DNA of 64,000 nucleotides, taken from NCBI GenBank assembly GCA_965198115.1, contig OZ240241.1, forward strand, positions 8,160,001 to 8,224,000, read 5' to 3'. Position numbers and translations under genes: made by a program. Source of the stretch: Candidatus Latescibacterota bacterium (GTDB lineage: Bacteria; Latescibacterota; UBA2968). The notes under the pieces are model-generated. The model saw only the letters and a program-made list of their open reading frames with translations. It made no database searches and was not told where the DNA came from. This document shows positions 22,557-32,390 of the stretch, in pieces (the stretch's first letter is position 1; every line of letters starts with the position of its first letter).

Positions 22557-23312
22557 TTGCCACAGCTTGACTTCGACAAACTCCGTTTAGATGCAAAAGA
22601 CCTCCAGAACGCGACGACAGAAGAGATTCTGAGATGGTCCTGGGATCGATTGGGTCCACGTCTCGCTCTGGGTACTGCGTTCGGTGCGACGGGGCTGGTC
22701 CTTTTGGACATTTCTCGACGTGTGCTTCCCGGCTTGCCCGTGTTCACAATCGATACCGGTTTTCTGTTTCCCGAGACCCTGGAGTTGATGACGAGGATTC
22801 AATCTCGATACGGAGTGGAGATCGAATCGATCACGCCGATCCAGACGGTCGAGGAGCAGGCCAGCGCGCACGGCGACGCGCTTTACGATCGGGATCCCGA
22901 CCAATGCTGCTATCTTCGCAAAGTCGAGCCGCTGCACCGGAAACTTCGTGAACTCGACGGGTGGATCGCCGGGTTGCGTCGGGACCAGGGGGGTGGGCGT
23001 AAGGAGACGGACGTCCTGACACCGTTTCCGACGCACGGTGACCGCCTGGTCGCCAAGATCAACCCCGTGGCGAAATGGACGCGCAAGCAAGTGTGGGACT
23101 ACATCCTCGAACACGATCTATCCTACAACCCACTCATGGACCAGGGATACCCCAGCATCGGCTGTTGGCCATGCACCGCATCGGTGTCGGCGGCGGGCGA
23201 CGAGAGGGCCGGGCGGTGGGTCGGCTCTACCAAGACCGAATGCGGTATCCACGCCATTCTACCTGCGGAAACTCTCGCACCCGAGGTCGATCCGGTTCAG
23301 GCAGCAGATTAG
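22557..23312 (+). CDS. cysH: APS/PAPS reductase, 4Fe-4S (APS reductase) type
   Basis: DTGFLFPET, CC pair (QCCYLRK), GYPSIGCWPCT, RAGRW, TECGIH. Confidence 0.93.
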   Translation: MPQLDFDKLRLDAKDLQNATTEEILRWSWDRLGPRLALGTAFGATGLVLLDISRRVLPGLPVFTIDTGFLFPETLELMTRIQSRYGVEIESITPIQTVEEQASAHGDALYDRDPDQCCYLRKVEPLHRKLRELDGWIAGLRRDQGGGRKETDVLTPFPTHGDRLVAKINPVAKWTRKQVWDYILEHDLSYNPLMDQGYPSIGCWPCTASVSAAGDERAGRWVGSTKTECGIHAILPAETLAPEVDPVQAAD

Positions 23313-23315
23313 GAG

Positions 23316-23349
23316 ATTCTTGACAGTGTAGGTCAGGAATTCATATACT
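23316..23349 (+). promoter_or_regulatory. Promoter with an overlapping 9-7-9 inverted repeat (candidate Rrf2 operator)
   Basis: ATTCTTGAC-N7-GTCAGGAAT overlapping TTGACA-N18-TATACT. Confidence 0.6.
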
Positions 23350-23362
23350 CTTTTCACACGAG

Positions 23363-23388
23363 GACCCTCTGCCGGGTCCCTTTTTTTA
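23363..23388 (+). terminator. Intrinsic terminator-like hairpin between cysH and cysM
   Basis: GGACCC-TCTGCC-GGGTCC-C-TTTTTTT. Confidence 0.6.
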
Positions 23389-23406
23389 GCTCGAGAGCCT
23401 CGAACA

Positions 23407-24333
23407 TTGACAGACGTCACACGCGCCGTCGGTTCGGGCATCCGCCCGTCGATCCTATCTGCCATCGGTCGAACGCCGCTCCTGCGAGTCGACCGGTTCA
23501 CACAACACCTCCCGGGCATAGAGATTTATGCCAAGATGGAAATGTTCAACCCGGGGGGGTCTGTGAAGGATCGACCGGCACTTCAGATGATCGAGGATGC
23601 GGAGGCTACGGGCGAGCTCACGGTCGATCGAACGATTCTGGATTCGACCTCTGGAAACACGGGCATCGCCTACGCGATGATCGGTGCTGTTAAAGGTTAC
23701 GGTGTCGAGCTCGTCATGCCTGAGAGTGTGAGTGTGGAACGGCGGCACGTGATTCAGGCCTACGGTGCCACGCTCGTGTTGAGTGACCCCTTGGAGGGTT
23801 CCGACGGCGCCATCCTGAAGTGTCGCGAAATCCTCGCCGCCGATCTGGATCGTTACTACAAGCCCGATCAGTACAACAACCCGTCCAACCCGAAAGCCCA
23901 TTACCTCCACACGGCGCCGGAAATCTGGGAGCAGACGGAAGGTCGAGTCACGCATTTCATCACGACGTTGGGAACGAGCGGTACCCTCGTGGGGACCGGC
24001 CGTCGTCTGAAAGAATTCAATCCAGACCTTCGAGTGATCGCGATCGAGCCGCCGGAGTTTCACGGAATCGAGGGGCTCAAGAACATGGATGTTTCGATCG
24101 TGCCCGGCATCTACGATAATTCAGTGTGGGACGAAAAGATTCAGGTCGAAACCGAGGTCGCCTATGACTTCGCGCGGCGGCTCACGCGAGAGATGGGTGT
24201 CATGGTCGGTCAGTCGTGCGGGGCTGCCATGGCGGGGGCCATACGAATCGCGGAAAATGAACCGGAAGGGGTTATCGTCACGATCTTTCCAGACAGCGGT
24301 GAAAAATACATGAGCACGCCCCTGTGGCAGTAG
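23407..24333 (+). CDS. cysM: Cysteine synthase, CysM type (probably sulfur-carrier dependent)
   Basis: NPGGSVKDR, STSGNTG, GTSGT, IEGLKNM; overlaps a mec-like gene. Confidence 0.85.
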   Translation: MTDVTRAVGSGIRPSILSAIGRTPLLRVDRFTQHLPGIEIYAKMEMFNPGGSVKDRPALQMIEDAEATGELTVDRTILDSTSGNTGIAYAMIGAVKGYGVELVMPESVSVERRHVIQAYGATLVLSDPLEGSDGAILKCREILAADLDRYYKPDQYNNPSNPKAHYLHTAPEIWEQTEGRVTHFITTLGTSGTLVGTGRRLKEFNPDLRVIAIEPPEFHGIEGLKNMDVSIVPGIYDNSVWDEKIQVETEVAYDFARRLTREMGVMVGQSCGAAMAGAIRIAENEPEGVIVTIFPDSGEKYMSTPLWQ

Positions 24334-24794
24334 AGGTGGTCTGCGTGGGCGATCATATCTGGCGAGCGATCGACGCACACGCGGTGAAGGACTACCCCGA
24401 CGAGTGTTGTGGTGTCGTGACGGAAAACGCATCGGGGGCATCGGTCGCGCACGCGTGCGAGAACATCCAGAATCGACTTCACGAGCAGGACCCGGAGACG
24501 CATCCCCGAACGGCCCGAACGGCCTACCGGATAAACGATCTTCAAGTGGCGCGTATCCTGGACGACACGGAGAAGGCCGGTGGAAAGATGACCGCCATCT
24601 ATCATTCCCACATCGATTGCGATGCCTACTTTTCTGAAGAAGACCAGCTCGCGGCCACTTTCTTCGACGAACCCGCCTATCCGGGCGTTGCGTATCTCGT
24701 CGTGTCGGTTGTCGAGGGTGGGCTTCGGGGAAGGAAGGCTTTCGAGTGGGATGCGTCCGCCGGGCTCTATGTCGAGGTCGCGCTGTCAGCGTGA
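24324..24794 (+). CDS. mec: JAMM/MPN+ metallopeptidase (Mec, CysO-cysteine peptidase-like)
   Basis: YPDECCG and YHSHIDCDAYFSEED (HxH...S..D JAMM motif). Confidence 0.87.
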   Translation: MAVEVVCVGDHIWRAIDAHAVKDYPDECCGVVTENASGASVAHACENIQNRLHEQDPETHPRTARTAYRINDLQVARILDDTEKAGGKMTAIYHSHIDCDAYFSEEDQLAATFFDEPAYPGVAYLVVSVVEGGLRGRKAFEWDASAGLYVEVALSA

Positions 24795-24854
24795 CGGTTT
24801 GACGATTACGTCACCGCGCGCGGTCTCCCCCGCGGCGCGGCGAGGAATGGTTCA

Positions 24855-25811
24855 CTGGATCTGTTCGATGTCTTAGTCGTCGGGTGCGGTCCGGCCGGAG
24901 CCACGGCTGCCCGTTGTGTCGCCGAAGCAGGCTTGTCGGTAATGATCATCGATCGTGCCGGCGTCGACGCAAGCTCGGTCGTCCAGCCGATTCGTGGCGT
25001 CAGGCTGACAGATCGAGAGGGACACCACGCGATCTCGTGTTCGGGGTGGATGATCGACCGGACACGGTTCGACAAGACACTCGCCATTCACGCGCTGGAA
25101 GCTGGGGCGGACCTCTGCAACGCATTCGTGCTGACCTGTGCGGGTGGCGAGGTCGTCGCCCGGAGAAACGGAACCGAGGCCCGCTTCCGGGGGCGAGTGA
25201 TCGTCGGTGCCGATGGCGCGCCCTCCGTCGTGACGCGAAATCATCGATCGGGCGATGTCCAATACCTCTCCGCGCTGCAGTACGAGGTCGGTCTGAATGG
25301 TGACGAAGACTGGGTCGAGCTGATCAACCCGCTGCCGGGGGGGTCGGGGTTCGGCTGGTTCGTGCCGAGCGGCCGGACGGCGCGGGTGGGTGTGGCCGTC
25401 GACCGATCTCGAGCGAAGGACCTGAAAGGGGCGGCGCGCGCGCTGCTCCGTCGATACGAGTCCGATCGCCGCGTTTTCCCGAACGCGATCCTGAGTGCTT
25501 CGGGTGGGTTGATTCCGGTCGCCCTGCGGAGTCTCAGGAGTGCGCGGGCATCCTGCCCGCCGGCGACGCGTGCGGGTTCGCCGGACCGTTAGGGGGGGGG
25601 CGGAATCGCCACGGCGGTCCTGTTGGGCGAACTCTCGGGACACGTGGCCGGGGCATCCGTCAGTGCGGGCGATGCAGGCTTGCTCGATGACTATCCCAAC
25701 GAGGCGCTCGAAAGGCTACCTGGAGCGGCTGAGGTGGGAGACGCCTTGTCGAACGTACGGGGCGGCCTGGAAATGCTCGGAGACTGGAACCCACCGGCAA
25801 GACCAGCCTGA
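24855..25811 (+). pseudogene. Geranylgeranyl-reductase-family FAD oxidoreductase with two compensating indels
   Basis: DVLVVGCGPAG, IDRTRFD, VGADG, GWFVP, then AGDACGF..PLGGGGI in a shifted frame (indels at ~25535 and in the G9 run 25592-25600); start uncertain (CTG 24855 after GAGGA). Confidence 0.7.
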
Positions 25812-25831
25812 TCAATCCACTGGAGGGAACT

Positions 25832-26107
25832 ATGGCTGTAACCGTTCGCATCCCCACACCGCTTCGCAGGTTTACCAACGATCAGTCCGATGTAAAAATT
25901 GACGGCGGGACCGTTGGTGAGGTCGTCGACAACCTCGAAGCCGCACACGCGGGTATCAAGGAGAAGCTCGTCGACGAATCCGGTGACATACGCAGGTTCG
26001 TCAATGTCTACGTGAACGACGAAGACATTCGATTCCTCGACGGTGCCCTGACGGCCGTCAAGGATGGCGACAGCGTAACCATCGTTCCAGCGATCGCGGG
26101 AGGGTAG
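25832..26107 (+). CDS. cysO: MoaD/ThiS-family sulfur carrier protein (CysO-like)
   Basis: VRIPTPLR, FVNVYVNDEDIRFL, C-terminal PAIAGG; GGAGG RBS. Confidence 0.9.
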   Translation: MAVTVRIPTPLRRFTNDQSDVKIDGGTVGEVVDNLEAAHAGIKEKLVDESGDIRRFVNVYVNDEDIRFLDGALTAVKDGDSVTIVPAIAGG

Positions 26108-26115
26108 AAGGTCAC

Positions 26116-26547
26116 GTGCACATTTCGGCCAAAACCGACTACGGACTTCGTGCGGTACTGGAGCTGTCGATTCACTTCGGTGAGGGGTGTATCCATAGTG
26201 GCGATATCGCGGCCGCACAGAACATTCCCGAGTCCTACCTGGTCCAACTCTTGAACCAGCTGCGGAAGGCGGGTGTGATTCGGAGCACCCGGGGTCCCAA
26301 GGGAGGGCACCAGCTCGTTCGGAGACCCGATGAAGTGACCGTCGGCGCTGTCACCGCCGCCCTCGAGGGGCCCGTCGATCTCGCGGGGAAGGGTGAGGAT
26401 CGCTCCCCTGCTTCACCTGCGGCCGCCGTTTTTCGTGAAGTATGGGACGATGTGGAGAACGCCATCGATGCCGTTCTGGCTGGAACGACGTTCGCCGACC
26501 TCGTACGCAGGGCGAACAGCAACGCCGCCATCACGTTCAGGATCTGA
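26116..26547 (+). CDS. Rrf2-family regulator (CymR-like, no Fe-S cysteine triad)
   Basis: ISAKTDYGLRA, YLVQLLNQLRKAG, STRGPKGGHQL; directly upstream of cysK. Confidence 0.9.
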   Translation: MHISAKTDYGLRAVLELSIHFGEGCIHSGDIAAAQNIPESYLVQLLNQLRKAGVIRSTRGPKGGHQLVRRPDEVTVGAVTAALEGPVDLAGKGEDRSPASPAAAVFREVWDDVENAIDAVLAGTTFADLVRRANSNAAITFRI

Positions 26548-26550
26548 GTC

Positions 26551-27477
26551 ATGAGCGCAGCTCGCAAAGTCGACACGGTGCTCGAGCTGATCTGCTCGAC
26601 ACCCGTCGTGCGGCTGAACCGGCTCTCGCCCGACCGGGGGGCCGAGGTTTGGGGAAAGCTGGAATCGCTCAATCCTGGCGGAAGCCTGAAGGACCGGATT
26701 GCGCTTGCGATGATCGAGGATGCCGAGGCGCGAGGCGTGCTGAAGCCGGGCATGACGATCGTCGAGTCGACATCGGGGAACACCGGGATCGGTCTGGCCA
26801 TGGTGGCGGCGGTCAAGGGCTACAAGCTGATGATCACCATGCCCGAAGGAGTGAGTGAGGAGCGCCAGCAGCTGCTACGCGCCTACGGGGCCGAAGTCAT
26901 CCTGACGTCGGCGTTCGAGGGCATGCAAGGCACGATCGATCGGGCAGAAGCGCTCCGGGCCGAACTGGACAACGTCTTTTTGCCAAAACAGTTCGAGAAT
27001 CCTGCCAACCCGGCGTTCCATCGAAAGACGACGGCTCGAGAGATTCTTGAACAGATGGACGGTGTTCCCGATGTCTTCGTCGCCGGCGTCGGTACGGGAG
27101 GAACGATCACGGGTGTGGGCGAGGTTTTGAAGGAGGCTTCGGACGACGTAGAGGTCGTAGCGGTGGAGCCGGCCGATTCGGCCGTCCTCTCCGGGGGCGA
27201 GCCTGGGCCGACGGAAATCGACGGGTTGGGCGCCGGATTCGTGCCACCCGTCCTGAACAGGGACATCGTCGACCGTGTCGTCGCGGTTTCGAACGGAGAC
27301 GCCCGCCGGATGTCACGGCGGATGGCGAAAGAAGAGGGGATCCTGGCCGGGATCTCTTCGGGCGCCGCCGTGCACGTCGCCGTCGACATCGCTCGCAAGC
27401 GGCCAGCGGGCCAGCACGTCGTGGTCATCGTGTGCGACACCGGCGAGCGCTACCTCGGGAGCTTTCTCTTCGGTTGA
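26551..27477 (+). CDS. cysK: Cysteine synthase A
   Basis: NPGGSLKDR, STSGNTG, QFENPAN, GVGTGGT, IDGLGAGFVP, DTGERYL. Confidence 0.92.
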   Translation: MSAARKVDTVLELICSTPVVRLNRLSPDRGAEVWGKLESLNPGGSLKDRIALAMIEDAEARGVLKPGMTIVESTSGNTGIGLAMVAAVKGYKLMITMPEGVSEERQQLLRAYGAEVILTSAFEGMQGTIDRAEALRAELDNVFLPKQFENPANPAFHRKTTAREILEQMDGVPDVFVAGVGTGGTITGVGEVLKEASDDVEVVAVEPADSAVLSGGEPGPTEIDGLGAGFVPPVLNRDIVDRVVAVSNGDARRMSRRMAKEEGILAGISSGAAVHVAVDIARKRPAGQHVVVIVCDTGERYLGSFLFG

Positions 27478-27498
27478 CACCACCGGCCACCGGCCACG

Positions 27499-27534
27499 AA
27501 AAAAGCCCATCATCGAGAAGATGACGGGCTTTTA
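27499..27534. terminator. Bidirectional terminator between cysK and rpsT
   Basis: AAAAAAGCCCATCATC-loop-GATGACGGGCTTTT. Confidence 0.7.
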
Positions 27535-27552
27535 AGATTTTGGGACTCGCCT

Positions 27553-27810
27553 TTACGCTTCGAGCGTGCCGACGTGCATAGCCAAGCGAGACTTGTAGCG
27601 CGCACCGGTACGGTGGTGCAGCACGCCTTTTCTGACCGTACGGTCGATGACGGACATCGCCTCGGGCAGCAATGCCTCGGCCTCTTGCTTGTTCTCGATC
27701 GTTCGCAGCTTCTTGACGGTCGATCTGAAGAGGGTTCGCGCGGCCTTGTTGCGTTGGGCCACTTTCTGCGCCTGTCGATTTCTCTTTATGGACGATTTGA
27801 GTCTGGGCAA
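27553..27810 (-). CDS. rpsT: 30S ribosomal protein S20
   Basis: KSSIKRNRQ...RNKAART...KGVLHHRTGARYKSRL; TTG start with AGGAGG RBS. Confidence 0.95.
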   Translation of the reverse strand: MPRLKSSIKRNRQAQKVAQRNKAARTLFRSTVKKLRTIENKQEAEALLPEAMSVIDRTVRKGVLHHRTGARYKSRLAMHVGTLEA

Positions 27811-27847
27811 CGTAGAGCCTCCTGGATCCCATTTCTTCAGGCTCGAG

Positions 27848-27876
27848 AATATACCAGGGTGGCTAATGCCACACAA
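27848..27876 (-). promoter_or_regulatory. Promoter of rpsT
   Basis: Minus strand TTGTGT-N17-TATATT. Confidence 0.55.
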
Positions 27877-28089
27877 GCATTTTCATAAGAAATGATGCGA
27901 AGTCAAGATCGGTCCGCCCTCCGCCGATAGTCAGATAGGGCTTGGTCATCACGAAAGGACGATCTTGATGGAATTCTGGATGATTCCCTTCATCGTCGTG
28001 AGTCTTCTGATTTTGTTCGTGCTCTCTCTCGTCGTGGTCGAATACCAGGAACAGCGCATCCGTCGATACGACGCTTCTCGTAGATTGCG

Positions 28090-30372
28090 TTAGTCCGCCC
28101 GCCCGGCCGCTCTGGCCTCTCGCTCCATATTCTTTTCGCACGCCCGGATTCTGCCTTCGGCGAATTCCTCGAATTCCTGATCACCGTCCCACAGATCCAG
28201 GAACGTCTCGAACAGTGACTTGGCTTCTTTCCAGCGTCTGAAACCATATCGGAGCACGCCCAGGCTGAAGTAAGCTCGAGGGAAGCGCGGGTCGACTTCG
28301 ATCGCCTTCCGATAGGCCCGCTCGGCGCCGATCGGGTCACCCACGATTTCGAGGGCCCGACCTGTGCCCCAGTGAGTGAGCGCCTCTCTCGGACTCAGTT
28401 CGGTCGCCGTCCTGTAATGGTGAAGGGCTGTGATGTAGTCCTCTCGTCGCACCAGGAGCTCGGCCAGGTTGTGATGTGCCTGAGCGAGATCTGGATCTGT
28501 TTCCAGGGCACGACGGTAAAAGACCTCCGCCGAATCCACCTCCCCGCGTGCTTTGAGGATGTTCGCCAGGTTGTTGTTGGCTCCTGCATCCCGGTCGTCT
28601 ACCGACAGTATCTTTCGATACTCTGCTTCGGCTCGTCGAACGTTCCCCGTGGCCCTGTAGAGAGCTCCAAGGTTGGTGCGCACGGTCTTTGCGTCGGGGT
28701 AGATGGACAGAGCCGCTTCGTACTGTGCGAGAGCTTCGTCGTGGCGGCCCGTTCTTTTGTAGATGATCCCGAAACCGTTGTGCGCTCGCCACGCATAGGG
28801 GGCTTGCTCCAGGGCTCTCAGGTAAGCCGACTCCGACTCTGCGTGTCGGCCTTGCTGCTCGAGGCTTCGTCCCAGAACGATCAGCGCGTGGGGGCGAAAC
28901 AGACCCGACGAAACCGCCAACCTGGCTTCCCGTTCCACGTTCCCCCATTTTGCCCCGTCTTCCTCCGCCAATGCGGCAAGAAAGTGACGGTCGAACCTGA
29001 TCTGGCGGTGAGTCGTTGCCGCGGCCCCCATGGCGAGTAGGAGAAGGATTCCCACCACAATGCTCGCGGGACCCCGCGACAAGGTTATCGTTCCCCCGCG
29101 TGCAGCCGCCACAGCGCCCCCGATCGCGAAGATAAATGAGATTGCCTGGGGCTGTTCCCTGGGAAAGCTGAAGAAGCCGTGTGTCGCGAATCCCGCGACG
29201 GTGACTGCCAGAAACGGAGCGAGCGCAGACCAGGCTTCGTCGTCTCGCATTCTGTAGAGTTCGACGAGGAGGAGAAGGGGAATGGCCGCGTAGATCAGCC
29301 CGGCCAGGATTCCGCTCTCGGCGGTCACCCAGAGATAGTCGTTGTGAGGTCGTTTGGGAGACGAGTCCGGGCGGAGCATGACGCCGTCGTCGTAAGCGGG
29401 GTAGATATGCTGCCAGCTCCCCAGACCAACCCCCGTCAGCAGGTTGTCCCAGATCAGGTCGGCTGTCCTTGCCCACATGGCGAGACGACCCCGATCGCCC
29501 GTCTCCGCTGTCAACGACTGGAGCGTCGCGACGACGTCCGCTTTCTTCTCGTCGAACCGCTGGAGCCCCGTGTCTTCGAATCGTTCGTCCAACGGAGCGA
29601 GGGCGGCCGTGAGTAGAACCGCACCACACAGCACGATCCGTTTGGCAGTCGAGCCCAGCTGGCCGGGCAGGTTGCGACGGTAGAGTGATGACCGGACGAC
29701 CAGTGCGCATCCGACGACAGCACCCATCGTCAAGCCGAGCCAGGCGCCACGAGTGCGCGTGTAGACGAGAAACACGACCGACAGAGCTGTAGCGAGAGCG
29801 GGGAGGACAGCCAGCCACGTCGAAGGGGTGGCAAGCGCGAGATAGAGCGTGGCGGGGATTGCGCAGATGAGAAACATGGCGGCGAAGTTTCTGAATCCGA
29901 AGGTCGCGCTCGGCAGCCCGTTTGACGGAAGTGCGATCGGGGACAGACCCTGGTACTCCAACACGCCGATCGTGGATGTGAGCAGGGCCGCGAACGTGAC
30001 GCCCCAGATCGCGACCGTGAATCCGCGAGCCGAATCGAGCGACGTCGCCGCAAGCGTTCCGAGTGAGAACAGGACGATCAGAAAGGCGGCCTCTCCGAGT
30101 GCGTGGTCGGTGTTGGGAGCGTGGAGCGCCGAAGCGAGCGCCAGTCCCGTATACGCAGCCAAGAGACCGGATAGGGTGTTGCGTGGCAGTTCGAGCTGTC
30201 GCTCCGATTGGACCCGCCACAAGAGATGGGCCAGGCCGAGTGTAGTCAGTACGGCGAGCAGCCACCGCTTCGGCAGCAGGGCGTATTCGTAGATTCCGGG
30301 AAGAAGGGCAAGAGGCACGAGCGCAAAAACGAGGGCAATCCAAATGGCCCCGACGGTGCGTTGTGTGGTCAT
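28090..30372 (-). CDS. O-antigen ligase/O-OTase-like (Wzy_C) membrane protein with C-terminal TPRs, paralog 1
   Basis: About 12 hydrophobic segments; PSATFGFRNFAA, YTRTRGAW, GVGLGSW, RPHNDYL..AESG, FSFPRE; TPR tail. Confidence 0.85.
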   Translation of the reverse strand: MTTQRTVGAIWIALVFALVPLALLPGIYEYALLPKRWLLAVLTTLGLAHLLWRVQSERQLELPRNTLSGLLAAYTGLALASALHAPNTDHALGEAAFLIVLFSLGTLAATSLDSARGFTVAIWGVTFAALLTSTIGVLEYQGLSPIALPSNGLPSATFGFRNFAAMFLICAIPATLYLALATPSTWLAVLPALATALSVVFLVYTRTRGAWLGLTMGAVVGCALVVRSSLYRRNLPGQLGSTAKRIVLCGAVLLTAALAPLDERFEDTGLQRFDEKKADVVATLQSLTAETGDRGRLAMWARTADLIWDNLLTGVGLGSWQHIYPAYDDGVMLRPDSSPKRPHNDYLWVTAESGILAGLIYAAIPLLLLVELYRMRDDEAWSALAPFLAVTVAGFATHGFFSFPREQPQAISFIFAIGGAVAAARGGTITLSRGPASIVVGILLLLAMGAAATTHRQIRFDRHFLAALAEEDGAKWGNVEREARLAVSSGLFRPHALIVLGRSLEQQGRHAESESAYLRALEQAPYAWRAHNGFGIIYKRTGRHDEALAQYEAALSIYPDAKTVRTNLGALYRATGNVRRAEAEYRKILSVDDRDAGANNNLANILKARGEVDSAEVFYRRALETDPDLAQAHHNLAELLVRREDYITALHHYRTATELSPREALTHWGTGRALEIVGDPIGAERAYRKAIEVDPRFPRAYFSLGVLRYGFRRWKEAKSLFETFLDLWDGDQEFEEFAEGRIRACEKNMEREARAAGRAD

Positions 30373-32390
30373 GGCTTGGCTACGGGCAGGGATTCGAGTC
30401 GGTCTTTTGCCACGTCGGCGTAGGTGGATGGACCAGGTGCACGGGCGAGAAAATTTCGGAAAGCCTGTTCCGCTTTATGACGTGCTCGAGTGCGGAAGTA
30501 GAGCTCACCCAGGACGAAATACACGTCGCTTCGACCGGGATCGAGCACCTTCGCTTGCTCCAGGACTTCGATGGCTGCCGCATCTCGCCCAGCCAGCGAG
30601 ATCGCGTTTCCGAGTCGAAATAGCAGATCGGGCGTGTCTGACTCCAGACGCCTGACTGTTTCGTAGGCGGCGACGGCATCCTCGAAGCGCCTCATTTGGA
30701 GATAGAGGCCTCCCAGATTGTAGTATAGATCCGGAGCAGCGTCTACCAATCGAAGCGCGGAGAGAAAGTGGGATTCGGCCTCCTCGTGCCGTCCACCGTT
30801 CTGAAGGGCGATCGCGTAGCCGTTCAGAATCTGGACATCGTGAGGACGTCTCAAGACAACCCATTCGTAAAACGATGCTGCGTCTTCGAAGTGACCGGTG
30901 GTGTTGAGCGCGTATCCGTAGAGGTGCATCGCCTCGGGATGGAAGCGCCCCGAACGCAGGGCACTCGCGGTGTGGGCAGCGACCGCATTCCAGTTTCCGC
31001 GTAGCTCCTCGCGTATGGCGTGCGCGACGTTTCGTTCGAATTCAAGAAGACGGTAGGTCATCAAAGGCAAAGTGGCGGCCACGACGATAGCGGCGTGCAG
31101 CCAACGAGGTCTGCGAATGGCTCGAGCGGGCTCTGCGCCGAGTGCGAGCGTGATGGCGATGACCAGCCAGAAGTAGAACAAGGGCGTGACGCGCTCCAAA
31201 GGGAAGCTGAAGCAGCTGTGGACCAGAATCGCGACAAGACTCCATACACACGCCAGCGTCAGCCAGGGCGTCGCGTGTTGTCGTCTTGCGAGCGCCTTCC
31301 AGGCAGCCCGCAACGTCAGACCGAGGATCGACAACCACAGGATGAGTCCGGGAATCCCGAGCTCGGACAGGATCAGAAGCGCGAGGTTGTGCGGGCGCTC
31401 CGGGGCGTTGGTGAAGGTGATCGTCTCGCCCTCGTCGTAGGGTGGGTAGGCGATCGCCCAGTTCCCCGCCCCCACACCGGCAACGGGTCGATCCAGAATC
31501 ATTCCCAGGGTGTTTTGCCAGACGGTGATGCGGCCGCGGTCGCCTCCTTTGTCCAGGACGGAGGTCAGTGCGTCGGTGACGCGGCTCTTTTTTTCGTCGA
31601 TGCTTTGCGGTCCTGTCTTTCCGAGCCCCGAAGGGAGCGAGGCGATCGCCGCGGCGATCAGACACGCGTACACCAGGCTCGTCATCCGCGTCCACAGGTG
31701 GCCGAGGAGGTCGCGTCGCGTAATCAGCAGGAGCGTGAGGACGATGAAGAGCCCCACGAGGCTTCCGAGCCAGGCGCCCCGCGTACGCGTCAGGATGATG
31801 AACCCGGCGATCAGACCTGCGCCGACAGCGGCGTATCTGCTGGTCCGTCGTTCGGTGTCGGCGATCAGAAAGCAGGCGAACGGTAACGTCTGGATCGCGA
31901 CCATGGCGGCGATGTTGCGGAATCCGAGCGTGGCACTCGGGAGACCGGCAGATGGCGCATCCAACGGTCGGTAGCCGAGGTGCTGTAGGATGCCAAGGGC
32001 CGCGATACCCACGCCAGCTATGGTCAGCGCACGGGCGATGGTTGGAAGGGAAGAAACCGGGTATGCGTGGACGAGCAGGAGGAGACAGAAACCCGTCAGG
32101 AGCTTGGCGACGACGAGGACGGCTGGAACCGGATCTGTCGCCCAAATAGCGGATGCGGCACTGAGCGCGATGAAAGCGGCGATGACCGGGAGTTCAGTCC
32201 GCGCCGGGGGTCTTGCCCGTTTGATCGCGGTGCAGGCGAGGACCAAACCGGCAAGCGTTCCGACCTGGAGCAGCATCAGCTTTGGGGGGAGTGTGTAGTC
32301 CCGGTAGGCGGTCCCGTAGACCAGAGGAACCGCCAGGACCAGCGCGACGACGATCCGACGCGCCCACGTAGTGGAGGCCGCTTCATTCAT
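30369..32390 (-). CDS. Wzy_C + TPR protein, paralog 2
   Basis: PSATLGFRNIAA, TRTRGAW, GVGAGNW, RPHNL, FSFPLE; TPR tail; start at MNEAAST. Confidence 0.85.
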   Translation of the reverse strand: MNEAASTTWARRIVVALVLAVPLVYGTAYRDYTLPPKLMLLQVGTLAGLVLACTAIKRARPPARTELPVIAAFIALSAASAIWATDPVPAVLVVAKLLTGFCLLLLVHAYPVSSLPTIARALTIAGVGIAALGILQHLGYRPLDAPSAGLPSATLGFRNIAAMVAIQTLPFACFLIADTERRTSRYAAVGAGLIAGFIILTRTRGAWLGSLVGLFIVLTLLLITRRDLLGHLWTRMTSLVYACLIAAAIASLPSGLGKTGPQSIDEKKSRVTDALTSVLDKGGDRGRITVWQNTLGMILDRPVAGVGAGNWAIAYPPYDEGETITFTNAPERPHNLALLILSELGIPGLILWLSILGLTLRAAWKALARRQHATPWLTLACVWSLVAILVHSCFSFPLERVTPLFYFWLVIAITLALGAEPARAIRRPRWLHAAIVVAATLPLMTYRLLEFERNVAHAIREELRGNWNAVAAHTASALRSGRFHPEAMHLYGYALNTTGHFEDAASFYEWVVLRRPHDVQILNGYAIALQNGGRHEEAESHFLSALRLVDAAPDLYYNLGGLYLQMRRFEDAVAAYETVRRLESDTPDLLFRLGNAISLAGRDAAAIEVLEQAKVLDPGRSDVYFVLGELYFRTRARHKAEQAFRNFLARAPGPSTYADVAKDRLESLPVAKP

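Noticed and set aside
22206-27500. Genomic island integrated at tRNA-Lys
   Set aside because: No integrase and no duplicated tRNA 3' end noticed; downstream genes are metabolic with host-like composition
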